Shown one piece after another: positions 32,290-32,459 of a DNA stretch of 32,459 nucleotides. The notes below the pieces were generated by a model. That model saw nothing but the letters and a program-made list of their open reading frames with translations, had not been told where the DNA came from and searched no databases. The first letter of the stretch is position 1. The number at the start of each line of letters is the position of its first letter. Origin of the DNA: Veleropilina oligotropha (Eukaryota). The stretch lies in assembly GCA_048128005.1 (NCBI GenBank), contig JBEUKZ010000029.1, positions 124,001-156,459 of the forward strand. Reading direction: 5' to 3'. The position numbers were made by a program, and so were the translations under genes.

Positions 32290-32459
32290 CGCGTGTGTGT
32301 GTATTTTTACCTATTATCTGATTGATGTTTGTTGTGTGTGTATATCTTATATATATTCTCTCTGTGATATCAGTGAGTCTCATGAGGGCTATAGAGCAGA
32401 TTACTCATTGTAATAACTGTGTTGTACTAACCGATTGCAATACCCTCGCCACCGAGTGA

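Overview
Animal-type genomic DNA, probably from a marine invertebrate (AT-rich, with spliced transposon relics and long microsatellites). Positions 158-15948 are a complete, visibly GC-rich endogenous Polinton/Maverick-like virus of about 15.8 kb. It has ~190-bp terminal inverted repeats with AGCAGC...GCTGCT ends and a probable 5-bp target-site duplication (TATAG/AATAG). Its replication gene is not a canonical pPolB. It is one 1316-aa polyprotein: Rho-N-like HEH repeats, an OTU-like Cys/His protease, an exonuclease-less PolB core, an SF1 (Pif1/RecD-like) helicase and a C-terminal HNH nuclease. The element also encodes an rve/DDE integrase, an A32-like packaging ATPase, a probable major capsid protein and a probable penton. 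It has at least six predicted membrane proteins, one starting with adjacent PSAP and LYPxL late-domain-like motifs. No adenain-like maturation protease is visible. The virion and membrane genes carry frameshifts and stops, while the replication polyprotein, integrase and ATPase are intact. The rest (15949-32459) is host repeat DNA: a 32-bp minisatellite, microsatellites, a Helentron-type non-autonomous element, a MULE transposase relic, a Kolobok-like relic (transposase plus convergent KolX/P2X7-ballast-like exon) and palindromic elements. All family assignments come from motif reading by eye; no database search was run.
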